A model generated the notes under the pieces. That model worked only from the letters and a program-made list of their open reading frames with translations. It had not been told where the DNA came from and did not search any database. 64,000 nt of DNA from an uncultured Pseudomonadota bacterium (GTDB lineage: Bacteria; Desulfobacterota; Binatia; Binatales; Binataceae): positions 320,231-384,230 of the forward strand of contig CAVWXK010000002.1 of the NCBI GenBank assembly GCA_963759165.1. Direction: 5' to 3'. Positions within the stretch are counted from its first letter, which is position 1. Each line of letters begins with the position of its first letter. This document shows, in pieces, positions 19,634-28,977 of the stretch. The translations under genes were made by a program, and so were the position numbers.

Positions 19634-20308
19634 TTATGATCCTTGACGCCGGCCACCGCCGTTTGCCGTGCGTGAGGCCGAGAGCTTCGCGGGATTCGCC
19701 GCCCCGTCGAGAAACATCCGCGCCACCGTGGTAACGACCGTTTCGTCTGACAGTGGGTAGAGGTCCTTCCCGCCAGCCAGTTCCTGAGTCAGGAGAAAGA
19801 ACCACAGCATTCCGAACAGGCACTGAGCCGCCGCAAGCGCGTGCTGGCGTCTTAGCACTCCGCGTTTCATCCAGTGGTCGAGATAACTGGCCAGCGACTG
19901 GTAGGCGGGCAGGCCTACCCGCTCCGCGAACAGCCTGGCACGTTCGGGGTTACTCTGAATTTCGCGTACGATTACGCGCGCCAGTTCTTTGCGCTCCCGC
20001 AGCAGCCGCCAGGTTTCAGCGATCAATGTGGGAATCCCGATCGCCGGTGGAGTGTCTCCCAATGCGGCCACCATCGCTGGCAATTCCGGCAAAAGCGAGT
20101 AGCGGTCGAGAAGGCTCCGCAGCAGCGAAGCCTTGGACGGAAAGTATATGTACAATGCCGCTTTCGATAGTTCGGCTGCTACCGCGACCTGGTCCATTTT
20201 CGCTTCGGCGAAACCCGTCTGTGCGAAAACCCGCAGGGCGGCGCTCAGGATCGTCTCCCGGCGCGCCTGCGCAAATTCCTCGTGCTTGGCCGCAGCTACC
20301 CTTCCCAC
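19634..20308 (-). CDS. TetR/AcrR-family transcriptional regulator
   Basis: 224 aa with N-terminal helix-turn-helix RRETILSAALRVFAQTGFAEAKMDQVAVAAELSKAALYIYFPSK. First gene of the efflux operon. Confidence 0.85.
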   Translation of the reverse strand: MGRVAAAKHEEFAQARRETILSAALRVFAQTGFAEAKMDQVAVAAELSKAALYIYFPSKASLLRSLLDRYSLLPELPAMVAALGDTPPAIGIPTLIAETWRLLRERKELARVIVREIQSNPERARLFAERVGLPAYQSLASYLDHWMKRGVLRRQHALAAAQCLFGMLWFFLLTQELAGGKDLYPLSDETVVTTVARMFLDGAANPAKLSASRTANGGGRRQGS

Positions 20309-20366
20309 GTTTGAACCATAACTGACCCGTCAGTTATGATGCAAGTTCCAAAAGTGATCGACCAGG

Positions 20367-20868
20367 TGTCCTTAGTCAAAAGCTAAACCCTGACATAATG
20401 GTGATGCAGCCCACCCAGAATTGAGATGGCTGCGATGCGACCCAGCTTCTGCGGGCGCCGAAAATGCGGCGCATTCTTGCGCAATGAAAGATGCGTTCGG
20501 ACCTGGTTGTAATAGGAAGCGTAATTCTTCAGAACGCGGCGCAACTGCGCTTCGTCGAACACGATGAGGTGGTCGAGAGCTTCGCGCCGGACCGATCCGA
20601 TGAGGCGCTCGACGTGGCCGTTCTGCCGCGGTGAGCGCGGCGCGGTCGGATGATCGCGGATGCCCATCGCTCGAATGCGCTGGGTGTAGGCTGAGCCGAA
20701 GGCTTCGTAACGGTCGCGAAGCGGATGACTTGGCGCTTCATCCCAGGGGAAAGCGTCAGTCACCTGCCCAGCGATCCACTGGGCAGTCGGATTGGTAGTG
20801 ACGCTAATCGTGACTAGCCGCCTGCGAGTGCGACGCAGGATCACCAGGCCGTAGAGCAGGTAGAGCAG
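20367..20868 (-). mobile_element. 3' portion of an rve-type IS (copy 3), truncated transposase
   Basis: ORF 20383..20943(-) matches copies 1 and 2 only from LLYGLVILR onward through the C-terminus LGGLHHHYVRV. Terminus ...aaggaca at 20367. A 9-bp ctgctctac duplication sits at the break. Confidence 0.75.
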
Positions 20869-20900
20869 GGCGTTGTCCCCACGCGCGTGGGGACAACGCC
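20869..20900. repeat. Perfect 32-bp palindrome at the IS/recombinase-relic junction
   Basis: ggcgttgtccccacgcgcgtggggacaacgcc equals its own reverse complement. Single copy in the window. Confidence 0.9.
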
Positions 20901-20940
20901 GAACGCCAACCCCAATCTGCAACTCGCGACGGTTCACCCC

Positions 20941-21299
20941 CAAGCGCGAAGGGGTTCTCCCAAACTACGTCCGGCGCCTGACTCGGTTGGCGTTTCTGGC
21001 TCCCCGGATTGTTGAGGCCATCTCTGCCGGTTTTCAGCCGCCGGAGCTTACCGCGAAGGCTCTGAGCGAACGCATCGAACTTCCGCTACTTTGGAGCGAG
21101 CAGGAACGAACGGTCGGAATCAGCTAGTCAGCGCAATCTCGAAACTTTCGTTTAGCTTCGTCCGTCGTCGCAACTCCCGAACGGTCGCGCCGAATTTGCC
21201 AACAGAGATTTTGGCCGCAAATTACGCGTCACCTGCCCGAAAGTGGTTTTCTCCGCTACCACATAGATGCAAATGAAGCCGTCAGCGCGGGCTATTCGG
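20941..21299 (+). repeat. Direct repeat copy A: relic 3' end of a serine recombinase gene plus ~170 bp of downstream sequence
   Basis: Aligns colinearly with 59950..60309 with roughly a dozen mismatches. Encodes REGVLPNYVRRLTRLAFLAPRIVEAISAGFQPPELTAKALSERIELPLLWSEQERTVGIS-stop versus the C-terminus of the intact recombinase. Confidence 0.9.
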
Positions 21300-21666
21300 T
21301 GATTCGAGCAGAGAATCCGCAGACACTGGGACTCGGTGGCGGATGACGCAGTCTGCTGCGAACCATTCTCCGCGACAAATTCCCTGATCATCAGGGAAAA
21401 TACAGGGAATTTCCGCAATTTCGGTCTTCCTGGGGCCGACTCGCAGCCGAAAAAGCCTTGTCTTCTCTAGCGTTTTGTCGGAATTCTCTACTCAACGGAA
21501 CAGGGAATTTCCTTCGAACAACAGGGAAACCGCTTTCAGATTCATTCGATAGGCCAGCTGGGGCGATTATTTCCGCAGGCCATTTACGCTCCGCATTTAC
21601 GCTCCGTAGGAGACGAGTCCGCTAGCGCTCTTCTATTCCCTCCGTCCATGGTGTCCCATTTTATCA

Positions 21667-21695
21667 TTGACAACATAAACGCAGATAATTATAGT
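21667..21695 (+). promoter_or_regulatory. Candidate sigma70-type promoter for the Rrf2-oxidoreductase pair
   Basis: TTGACA (21667..21672), a 17-nt spacer, then TATAGT (21690..21695), about 100 nt upstream of ATG 21794. An ATAATTAT palindromic core overlaps the -10 element. Confidence 0.5.
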
Positions 21696-21793
21696 CCGCG
21701 TTATGGGCCGAATCGCCTTGGCCGGGCAGTACGCGGATATGATGAGTGCGATCTATCGCAGGCCGTTAGGCACAGAGTTTATGGGTCATAGTG

Positions 21794-22333
21794 ATGGCAC
21801 ACCTGACTGTGAGCGTCGAATACGGTATCCACTGTCTGCTTTGGCTTGCCGGCTCGGACGGGACGGCACTGAGCAGCCGCGACCTGGCGGAGCTGCAGAG
21901 AATATCCCCGAGCTTTCTCGCCAAGATTTTCCCGAAGCTTGAGAAGGCCGGGATCGTCGAGGCGAGCGAAGGCGTGCGGGGCGGATATAGGCTTGCCCAA
22001 CCGCCGGAGGAAATCAGCGTCCTACAAATCGTCGATGCGATCGAAGGCGACAAGCCGTTGTTCGACTGTCAGGAAATCCGCAGACGCTGCGCGACGTTCG
22101 GAGAGGTGCCGCCAACTTGGGCGACGGCCGGCGTTTGCGCCATCCACGCCGTGATGCTGAGGGCGGAAAAGGTGATGCGAGACGAGCTTGCAGCCCATTC
22201 CCTCGCCGACTTGGCGACGACCTTCGCTGGCAAGGCGCCGGAGGAATTCCTCGCCCAAGTGCAGGATTGGATGACCGATCGTGTGAGCGCCCGCAAGCCG
22301 GGACGGCGCACCAGGCCCGAACCGCCATCCTGA
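21794..22333 (+). CDS. Rrf2-family transcriptional regulator
   Basis: MAHLTVSVEYGIHCLLWLA...SSRDLAELQRISPSFLAKIFPKLEKAGIVEASEGVRGGYRLA is a typical Rrf2 winged helix-turn-helix. Cys residues follow (CQEIRRRC...C). Confidence 0.85.
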   Translation: MAHLTVSVEYGIHCLLWLAGSDGTALSSRDLAELQRISPSFLAKIFPKLEKAGIVEASEGVRGGYRLAQPPEEISVLQIVDAIEGDKPLFDCQEIRRRCATFGEVPPTWATAGVCAIHAVMLRAEKVMRDELAAHSLADLATTFAGKAPEEFLAQVQDWMTDRVSARKPGRRTRPEPPS

Positions 22334-22473
22334 TACCAGCCCGCCGCCGCCCGGCGGCCTTTTAACAATTCCTCCTTTCTCGGTATCCGCCGGACGCACC
22401 GAGAATGGGGGCCCGCTAGCCTTGCGGACCGAATGCTCTCTGCTGCGCCCGGTTTATGGAAGGAGCAAATATC

Positions 22474-23679
22474 ATGAGCAAGAAGATTGTGATCGCCGGT
22501 TCCGGTTTCGCTGGCTTGTGGGCCGCGCTTTCGGCCGCTCGGGCGGTAAGCCTGGCCGGCAAACAGCGGGACGTTGAGGTGACGGTGGTATCTCCCAGTC
22601 CGAGCTTGGTCATCCGCCCCCGGCTCTACGAAGCGGCGATCGAGAATATGGATCCCGACCTGACAGCGTTGTTCCAGGCCGTCGGTGTACGCCACGTGGC
22701 CGGCCGGATCGACACGATCCGCGCCGGGGCGCTCGAGACCGACGTGGCCGGCACCGACGGCCACCGCACCCTGACCTTCGACAAGTTCATCCTCGCTACC
22801 GGGAGCATCCTGTACCAGCCGCCGGTGCCGGGCCTTGCCGAGCACGCGTTCAACGTCGATCAGTTGTCCTCCGCCAAGGCGCTGGACGCCCATCTCAAGT
22901 CGCTGGCGGACAAGCCGAACAGCGTTGCACGCAACACGGTCGTCGTCGTCGGTGGCGGGCTGACCGGCGTCGAGACCGCCGCCGTGATGCCCCAGCGGCT
23001 GCGCGCCATTCTCGGCGGGACCGTGGAAATCCGGGTGGTGCTGATCGAGCAGGCACCGGTCATCGGCTCCAATCTCGGTCCGGCCGCCCGTCCAGTCGTC
23101 GAGGAGGCGTTGGCCGCCTGCGGCGTCGAGATCATCACCGATACAGCCGTCTCCTCCATCAAGGCCAATCGCATGACGACCTCCACCGGTCGGATCATTG
23201 AGACCGACACGGTTGTGTGGACGACCGGCGCTAGAGCCAACCCATTGGCCGACCAGATCGCCGGAGACCATGACCGCCTTGGCCGCATTCACGCCGATCC
23301 CTATCTGCGCGCCAACCGCGTCAAGGACGTGTTCGTCACCGGCGACGTGGCCTTTGCCGCCAGCGACGACATCGGCAACCACGCGCTGATGTCCTGCCAG
23401 CACGCCCTCAGCCTGGGGCGGGTCGCCGGCCACAACGCCGCGGCCGAACTGGTCGGCCTGCCGCTTCATCCCTACAGCCAGCCCAAATATGTGACGTGCA
23501 TCGACCTGGGCCCCTGGGGCGGGCTCTATACGGAGGGCTGGGACCGGCAGGTCCGTCTCACGCGGGACGACGCCAAGGCGCTCAAGATCGAGATCAACAC
23601 CAAATGGATCTACCCGCCGGCTGCCGACCGCGACGCCGTCTTCGCCATCTCCAATCCCGATTTCGTGATTGTCCCATGA
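22474..23679 (+). CDS. FAD/NAD(P)-dependent oxidoreductase of the NDH-2 / pyridine nucleotide-disulfide family
   Basis: MSKKIVIAGSGFAGLWAAL (GxGxxG), a second dinucleotide motif VVVVGGGLTGVETA, and the C-terminal motif VFVTGDVA. AAGGAG ribosome-binding site before ATG 22474. Confidence 0.8.
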   Translation: MSKKIVIAGSGFAGLWAALSAARAVSLAGKQRDVEVTVVSPSPSLVIRPRLYEAAIENMDPDLTALFQAVGVRHVAGRIDTIRAGALETDVAGTDGHRTLTFDKFILATGSILYQPPVPGLAEHAFNVDQLSSAKALDAHLKSLADKPNSVARNTVVVVGGGLTGVETAAVMPQRLRAILGGTVEIRVVLIEQAPVIGSNLGPAARPVVEEALAACGVEIITDTAVSSIKANRMTTSTGRIIETDTVVWTTGARANPLADQIAGDHDRLGRIHADPYLRANRVKDVFVTGDVAFAASDDIGNHALMSCQHALSLGRVAGHNAAAELVGLPLHPYSQPKYVTCIDLGPWGGLYTEGWDRQVRLTRDDAKALKIEINTKWIYPPAADRDAVFAISNPDFVIVP

Positions 23680-23973
23680 ACCGCAGCCAGCATCTTCCGG
23701 GCAACAGCCGATGCCTGGAAGATATCAGCCCCGCGTTCCTCCAGTTGCAGCCATGGCGGGCGTGGCTCACAAATTGGGCCATGCAGCGCGCCAACGGCCG
23801 CTCCTGGCGGCTTAGGAGACGGTCGCGGCAAAGCATTTTTGCACGTTTTTTTTGGCGGGCAAGAAACCCAATTTTGCTCTGGTCCAATCCACCATCGTTC
23901 ACTGATAGGGCTAATTCGCTTTCTGTAGCACAATTGCTCGAAAGCGGCGGGGGAGCGATGGCGGCATTTTCTC

Positions 23974-24576
23974 ATGCCCCCAATCGACGAGCGTGAGATC
24001 GTCCGGCACTACACGCTTGGCCAGGGTGACCTGGGTTTCGTTGCGGTAAAACGGCTGGCTCATAACCGTCTCGGGTTAGCGTTGCTGGTATGTTATCTCC
24101 GCTATCCGGACTGCCCGTTCGAATCCGATTCGGAGCCGCATCCTGCCATCCTCGCTGATGTCGCCCGCCAAGTCGGCGCCGAGCCCGGTGACTTCACCGA
24201 ATATCGCCGAAGGGAGCAAACGCGCCGGGAACAGTTGGCGAAAATCATGCGCCGAACTGGCCACCGCTTTTTCGACCGATCCATTTTCAAAGAGGTGGCC
24301 GCTTGGCTGGTCGCGCTTGCCTAGACGACCAAGAATCCGACCGATTTGGCAGCGGCCTTGGTTGACGAGCTACGCCGCCGCAAGGTGTTGCTCCCCTCGG
24401 CCGACGTGCTTGAACTTGTGTTACACCGTGCGCGCGGTCAGGCCGAGCGAGTGCTGCAACAGCCGGTCACGTCCGGTCTGTCGGTGGGCACGTCCGATGC
24501 GTCCGACCGCCTGCTCCAGCCTTGGGCGGACAGCGGCATGGCCATGCCGGCTCGGCTGCGCGAAGCCTTTGTGTAG
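23974..24576 (+). pseudogene. N-terminal ~200 codons of a Tn3-family transposase (DUF4158 region) with an in-frame TAG, 3'-truncated
   Basis: EREIVRHYTLGQGDLGFVAVKRLAHNRLGLALLVCYLRYPD is the TnpA N-terminal signature. TAG at 24322 is in frame with the continuation AAALVDELRRRKVLLPSADVLELVL. The reading frame ends at palindromic element copy a. Confidence 0.75.
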
Positions 24577-24613
24577 CGAATTGCTGTTTCGGGCAGAATT
24601 AGCAATCCGGCAC
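24570..24613. repeat. ~50-bp palindromic element, degenerate copy a
   Basis: tttgtgtagcgaattgctgtttc-gggca-gaattagcaatccggcac aligns with copies at 43232 and 45564. Confidence 0.6.
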
Positions 24614-24779
24614 TAACTCTCAACGGTTCAGGTCGTAGCTCGCCACGATTCATCGCAGGCTGCGGTCAGCTGGGGCGATCACGTCCGGGAGCCATTCACA
24701 CCAGCTAGGTGACGGGTTTGCTAGCGCCTCCCCTATGCTCTGCCGCGCAACCTTCAGATCTGGGTTTTCGGTACCCCCC

Positions 24780-26090
24780 CTAGCAGGCTGTTGATAAACG
24801 CCTGAATCTCATCGTTGGATTATTCGTCTTAATGAGCAAACGGATTGGTGGAGGAAGCGGCGGATGCGGGGTGAAGAGCGGCGGCAGCGGGCGATGTTGA
24901 TGATTATGGAGCCTGGCGATCGGGTGCCGAAGGAGCATCCGCTGAGGCGGGTCAAGGAACTCGCCGATGCGGCGCTGGCTCAGCTTTCGCCACTGTTCGA
25001 TGAGATGTACAGCGCGATCGGGCGACCGTCGATCCCGCCCGAGCGGCTGCTGAAGGCCTCGCTGCTGATGGCGCTCTATACGGTGCGCAGCGAACGGCTG
25101 TTCTGCGAGCAACTCGATTACAACCTGTTGTTCCGCTGGTTTCTCGATATGGATGCGGCCGAGCCGAGCTTCGACCATTCGACCTTCTCGCGCAACCGGG
25201 CGCGGCTGCTGGAGCACGACGTGGCGCGCGAGTTTTTCACCCGCGTGGTCGCGCAGGCCCGCAGTCTGCGGTTGCTTTCGGACGAACACTTCACCGTCGA
25301 TGGCACATTGGTCGAGGCTTGGGCGTCGCTCAAGAGCTTCAAGCGCAAGGACCCGGAACCGAGCCAGCCGCCCGACGACCCCGGCAACCCGACGGTTAAC
25401 TTCCACGGCGAGCGCCGCAGCAACGCGACTCATCAATCGACCACCGACCCCGAAGCCAAGCTGGCCAGGAAGGGCGCGGGCAAGGAAGCGAAGTTGTGTT
25501 ACTCGGCCAACGCGCTGATGGAGAACCGCAACGGTCTTCTGATCGAGTTCGCGGTCGAACCAGCCGACGGCTACGCCGAGCGCAAAAGCGCCCGCGCGAT
25601 GCTGGAGACCACATTGCCCGGCAGCCGGCGGATTACCCTCGGGGCCGACAAGGGCTACGATACTGCGGAGTTCGTCGCCTCGTGCCGCGCGCTCAAGGTC
25701 ACGCCACATATCGCGCGCAACCAGGGTCGCGCCGGCGGTTCCGCGCTCGACCGCCGCACTGCGCGTCATGTTGGCTACGCGGTGAGCCAAAGGGTACGCA
25801 AGCGGGTCGAAGAGATCTTCGGCTGGATGAAGACCGTCGGCGGCCTGCGCAAAACTCGCTATCGCGGCCTCGACCGCACCCAATTGCATGCCTACCTGGT
25901 GGCTGCCGCCTACAACCTGCTCCGAATCGCCAGACTCAGCCCGGCACCCGCATGAAGTACGATTCCACCACGCTACCGCGTTCGCCTCGGCCAGCGAAAA
26001 CCGTCGAACCCGGCGGCTGAATCCAGCACTTCTGTCACTACCATGGCGATCACAATGAATAATCACACCACTTTCTCAACAGCCTGCTAG
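24780..26090 (+). mobile_element. IS5-family insertion sequence, apparently intact
   Basis: Inverted termini ctagcaggctgttga (24780) and tcaacagcctgctag (to 26090), 15/16 matching with the next base included. Both junctions read c-ta / ta-g, consistent with insertion into a CTAG-type target with TA duplication. Confidence 0.8.
24864..25955 (+). CDS. IS5-family DDE transposase
   Basis: 363 aa. The N-terminal block GRPSIPPERLLKASLLMALYTVRSERLFCEQLDYNLLFRWFL (DUF772-type) and the C-terminal block RKRVEEIFGWMKTVGGLRKTRYRGLDR are classic IS5 features. Confidence 0.9.
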   Translation: MRGEERRQRAMLMIMEPGDRVPKEHPLRRVKELADAALAQLSPLFDEMYSAIGRPSIPPERLLKASLLMALYTVRSERLFCEQLDYNLLFRWFLDMDAAEPSFDHSTFSRNRARLLEHDVAREFFTRVVAQARSLRLLSDEHFTVDGTLVEAWASLKSFKRKDPEPSQPPDDPGNPTVNFHGERRSNATHQSTTDPEAKLARKGAGKEAKLCYSANALMENRNGLLIEFAVEPADGYAERKSARAMLETTLPGSRRITLGADKGYDTAEFVASCRALKVTPHIARNQGRAGGSALDRRTARHVGYAVSQRVRKRVEEIFGWMKTVGGLRKTRYRGLDRTQLHAYLVAAAYNLLRIARLSPAPA

Positions 26091-26612
26091 GGACCACCAG
26101 TGCTCATCTTCTGGGCATCGCCATCAAGGCCTGACTGTCCGTACTCAATCGAAACCACCAATCAATCAGCACGTACTAGGTTCTGAGGAGGCCCAAGGGC
26201 CAGAGCCCGGTTCCTGGCCTTAGGAGAGATGCCGAGTGTTGAGCTCCCGCGGCGTTGTCTGAGCGGCGGTTCGACACCCGCCTGAAGCGGCTGACTCACC
26301 TCGATCCAGCGTTCGACATCGTAGAGGCGGTTACACCCAACCCATCCACCAAAGGACATCCACCCCGCCGGAGAGACTTCCAGCCGAGCGTGCTCGGATT
26401 CTTCGACGGCGTCCGCCGATCACGGTCTCGAGCCCCCGGTTACACGCTAATTTGCCGCGGACAGCGGCGGCCATGCCCCGCTGTCGGACTTCTCTTCACC
26501 TCACGGCGAGATTTCTGAAAACAGGCACGCTCGAGTTGTGGTAGCCCTCGCAGATGAAGGGGGCCTTCTTCATGAAGGAGGCCTTCTGAAGGAGGCTCGA
26601 GGGTGAATTAAC

Positions 26613-26822
26613 ATGAAGAGAAATGGCGAAAAGCCCCCAAACATAGAGGCAAAGCCGATCGCGGTCACCTATCTCCCGATCAACGCGCTGAAGCTGGACC
26701 CCAGAAATCCGAGGATCCACAGCAACCGGCAGGTGCGCCAAATAGCTCGCAGCATCGGGGCGTTCGGCTTCAACGTGCCGGTCGTGATCGATGCCAACAA
26801 CAAGGTGCTCGCCGGGCACGGT
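26613..26822 (+). pseudogene. ParB-like nuclease N-terminal domain fragment (as found fused to DNA methyltransferases), truncated after AGHG
   Basis: IAVTYLPINALKLDPRNPRIHSNRQVRQIARSIGAFGFNVPVVIDANNKVLAGHG matches the ParB/Srx fold motif. Sequence beyond 26822 no longer matches this family. Confidence 0.6.
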
Positions 26823-27261
26823 CCGGTCGCTTTGCTGAATCCTTACCGTGGCCGACTAGCCACCGTCCGCGTGGATGACGATGGTGTCGGACACAAATTC
26901 GGGTTGCATCTGCGCGACCAACGATTCCAGGCCGACCTTGTCCACGTCGGCTTCCCTGTGGAAAGCAAGCCTGAACTGCAGGGCAACGATCCGGCCCTGC
27001 CCTTTTTCAATCAGAAAGCGCAACTGTATCAGCGCGTTGCAGACTTGTTGGAGCGCGATGGGCTCGACGGTCTGACCGACGATACGACGATCGCGCAATT
27101 CGCCAGCATCGCAGCCGCGTGCGATTTCCATCCCACCGGGCTCCGAGTGATTGCAGCCAAACGCTATTCGTTCTTGCGCTACCGCAAATTTCCGTTCAGA
27201 TGGGATTCTCAGCAGGGGCAGCCTTCCGGCCAACGCGCTGCTTGCGGGGGAGGATGTTCGC

Positions 27262-28470
27262 TCATGGCGACGGGTCCGAGTGCATGGGTTGCTGGGTCAA
27301 CAGCATCGGGCCGTACACGATCTCGAATAAGCCGAACGCCGCCATCCAGCACGCAGCCGACAAGGCAAGGAGAATCATCATGTCGTTTGTGTTCCAGGAT
27401 GCAGCGACTCGCGTGATCGCGGCGGCGTTGATGAGGACGAAGATGGCGACCGTTGCCCGGTTGGCAGTCAGTTCGCGCCCGGTATGTCCGAGCGTAACGC
27501 GGGGCATTACGGCGAGGATCATGGTGCCGATGGAGCCTGCGGTCAGCGCGTGGATCGCCGAAGCCACCGGAACTACGGTATCGAGAATCGAAAGTCCAAG
27601 AAGCGCCGTGCCGATCGCCACCCAGGCGTAGCCGAGATGCAAGATGAACAACAGTGGGTTTGCCCATGTCGAGCCGCCGGCCCAGCGGACAACCCGCCAC
27701 GCGTTGACTATGGCGGCGATGACCAGAATCATGCCGGCCACACGGAAATCGGGAAGCACAGCCCAGACAATAAACCCCGCGCAAAGCAGGCCGACCGCGG
27801 CACTGTCAACGGCGCTGTGAGCAGCCGGGAGACGCTCACTGTGGCGCTTGAGCAGCCAGTTGCGCGTGAAGCTCGGGATGATGCGCCCGCCTATCACCGA
27901 GATCAGCAGGATCGGCACCGCCAGCCCGAGGCGCCATCCGAGGCCGCTCGGTACGGGCATATCCAGAGACTCAAGGTGCATGAGCAAGTCGGCAATGATG
28001 AAAACCGCGAGGAGCGCGGTCATCGCCAGATTACGCCAGTTCCGGCTGACGATGATTTCGCGGGCAGCCACCGCGAGGAGCACCACCGGGAAAGACAAAT
28101 CGGCGACGATCGCCAGCCAAGCAGGAAGATCGGCCGAAATCAGGCAGGCGACGCGGCCGAGCAGCCACAGACCCGCGAGCAGAGCGAGCTGACAGCCCTG
28201 CACGGGCGGTCGACCGGTCCAGTTCGGAATGGCGGTCAGGAGGAACCCCGCAACCGCCGCCATCACGAAGCCGAACAGCATTTCGTGGATATGCCATGCC
28301 AGTGGGTCGAAGCGAGTCGGCGGGTGCAAGTATCCGAGGAACATGGCGAGCCACAGCGCGATAGCCAGGAGCGCCCAACTTCCGGCCGCGAGAAACAACG
28401 GGCGGAAAGCGTAAGTGAGCACCGCGGGCTGCCGTAGGCGGCGGGCGCGTTCTTCGGTCGTGGCGGTCAT
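27262..28470 (-). CDS. nnrS: NnrS-family haem/copper membrane protein (NO-response associated)
   Basis: 402 aa, polytopic, with the N-terminal block AFRPLFLAAGSWALLAIALW...DPLAWHIHEMLFGFVMAAVAGFLLTAIPNWTG typical of NnrS. Confidence 0.85.
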   Translation of the reverse strand: MTATTEERARRLRQPAVLTYAFRPLFLAAGSWALLAIALWLAMFLGYLHPPTRFDPLAWHIHEMLFGFVMAAVAGFLLTAIPNWTGRPPVQGCQLALLAGLWLLGRVACLISADLPAWLAIVADLSFPVVLLAVAAREIIVSRNWRNLAMTALLAVFIIADLLMHLESLDMPVPSGLGWRLGLAVPILLISVIGGRIIPSFTRNWLLKRHSERLPAAHSAVDSAAVGLLCAGFIVWAVLPDFRVAGMILVIAAIVNAWRVVRWAGGSTWANPLLFILHLGYAWVAIGTALLGLSILDTVVPVASAIHALTAGSIGTMILAVMPRVTLGHTGRELTANRATVAIFVLINAAAITRVAASWNTNDMMILLALSAACWMAAFGLFEIVYGPMLLTQQPMHSDPSP

Positions 28471-28889
28471 GTCTTTCTTCCGGACTTGCCAGCACTTCTT
28501 ATGGCTGTCCTGCGTTTGGGTCGTTCAGCCAGCAACACTTCGCGCAGGACAACGGCGTTGTTGTGCAGTTCGTCATGCGCCGCGAATAACAAAGTGACCG
28601 GACTCTTTCGCGCTAGGTCCCGAATCTTGCCGAGCGCTTCCGGTTGTCGGGCGAGTTCCGATTTATACCGTTTGCGGAATTCATCCCAGCGCTCGGGCTT
28701 GTGGCCGAACCATTGGCGGAGCGCGGCGCTGGGCGCCACATCCTTATACCAATGCACGGTAGCGGCGTCGGCCTTGCTCAAGCCTCTGGGCCAGAGGCGA
28801 TCGACCAGGACACACACGCCGTCGCTCGGCGCGGCCGGTTCATAGACCCGCCTGAGTTTGATCAGGGAGGAGTCCAGTCGCCGCGTCAT
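28467..28889 (-). CDS. DUF488-family protein
   Basis: IKLRRVYEPAAPSDGVCVLVDRLWPRGLSKADA...WYKDVAPSAALRQWFGHKPERWDEFRKRY matches the DUF488 consensus. 4-nt overlap with nnrS. Confidence 0.8.
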   Translation of the reverse strand: MTRRLDSSLIKLRRVYEPAAPSDGVCVLVDRLWPRGLSKADAATVHWYKDVAPSAALRQWFGHKPERWDEFRKRYKSELARQPEALGKIRDLARKSPVTLLFAAHDELHNNAVVLREVLLAERPKRRTAIRSAGKSGRKT

Positions 28890-28977
28890 AGAGGTCTCGC
28901 TTGGGGTTTAAGCAGGGCGGCGAGTTTCCTTCACTGGGCGCCCTTACTCCGATGACTTTAGCGTATAGACCGCGCAC

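Noticed and set aside
20869-20900. The 32-bp palindrome as a CRISPR repeat
   Set aside because: It is a single copy with no spacer-repeat periodicity and no cas genes in the window.
22069-23469. 466-aa ORF on the minus strand
   Set aside because: It lies entirely antisense to the well-supported Rrf2 and NDH-2-like genes. The sequence is low-complexity and Arg/Gly/Ala/Pro-rich with no motifs, as expected for shadow ORFs in GC-rich DNA.
24780-26066. 428-aa minus-strand ORF spanning the IS5 element
   Set aside because: It is antisense to the IS5 transposase, which has unmistakable family motifs. The antisense product has none.
26090-26612. Possible gene fragments right of the IS5 element (ORFs 26162..26359 minus, 26255..26518 plus), plus short gaagg(n)ggccttc hairpins near 26550
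   Set aside because: No recognisable motifs in any frame. The hairpins have only 5-bp stems. This is probably decayed sequence between mobile-element scars.
26823-27260. Overlapping ORFs on both strands: the plus-frame continuation of the ParB fragment, and the minus ORF 26856..27233
   Set aside because: The two frames share the same codon register, and GC at positions 1 and 3 does not discriminate the strand. The plus-frame peptide (FFNQKAQLYQRVADLLERDGLDGLTDDTTIAQF) vaguely recalls terminase large-subunit C-termini, but I cannot support either call without a database search.
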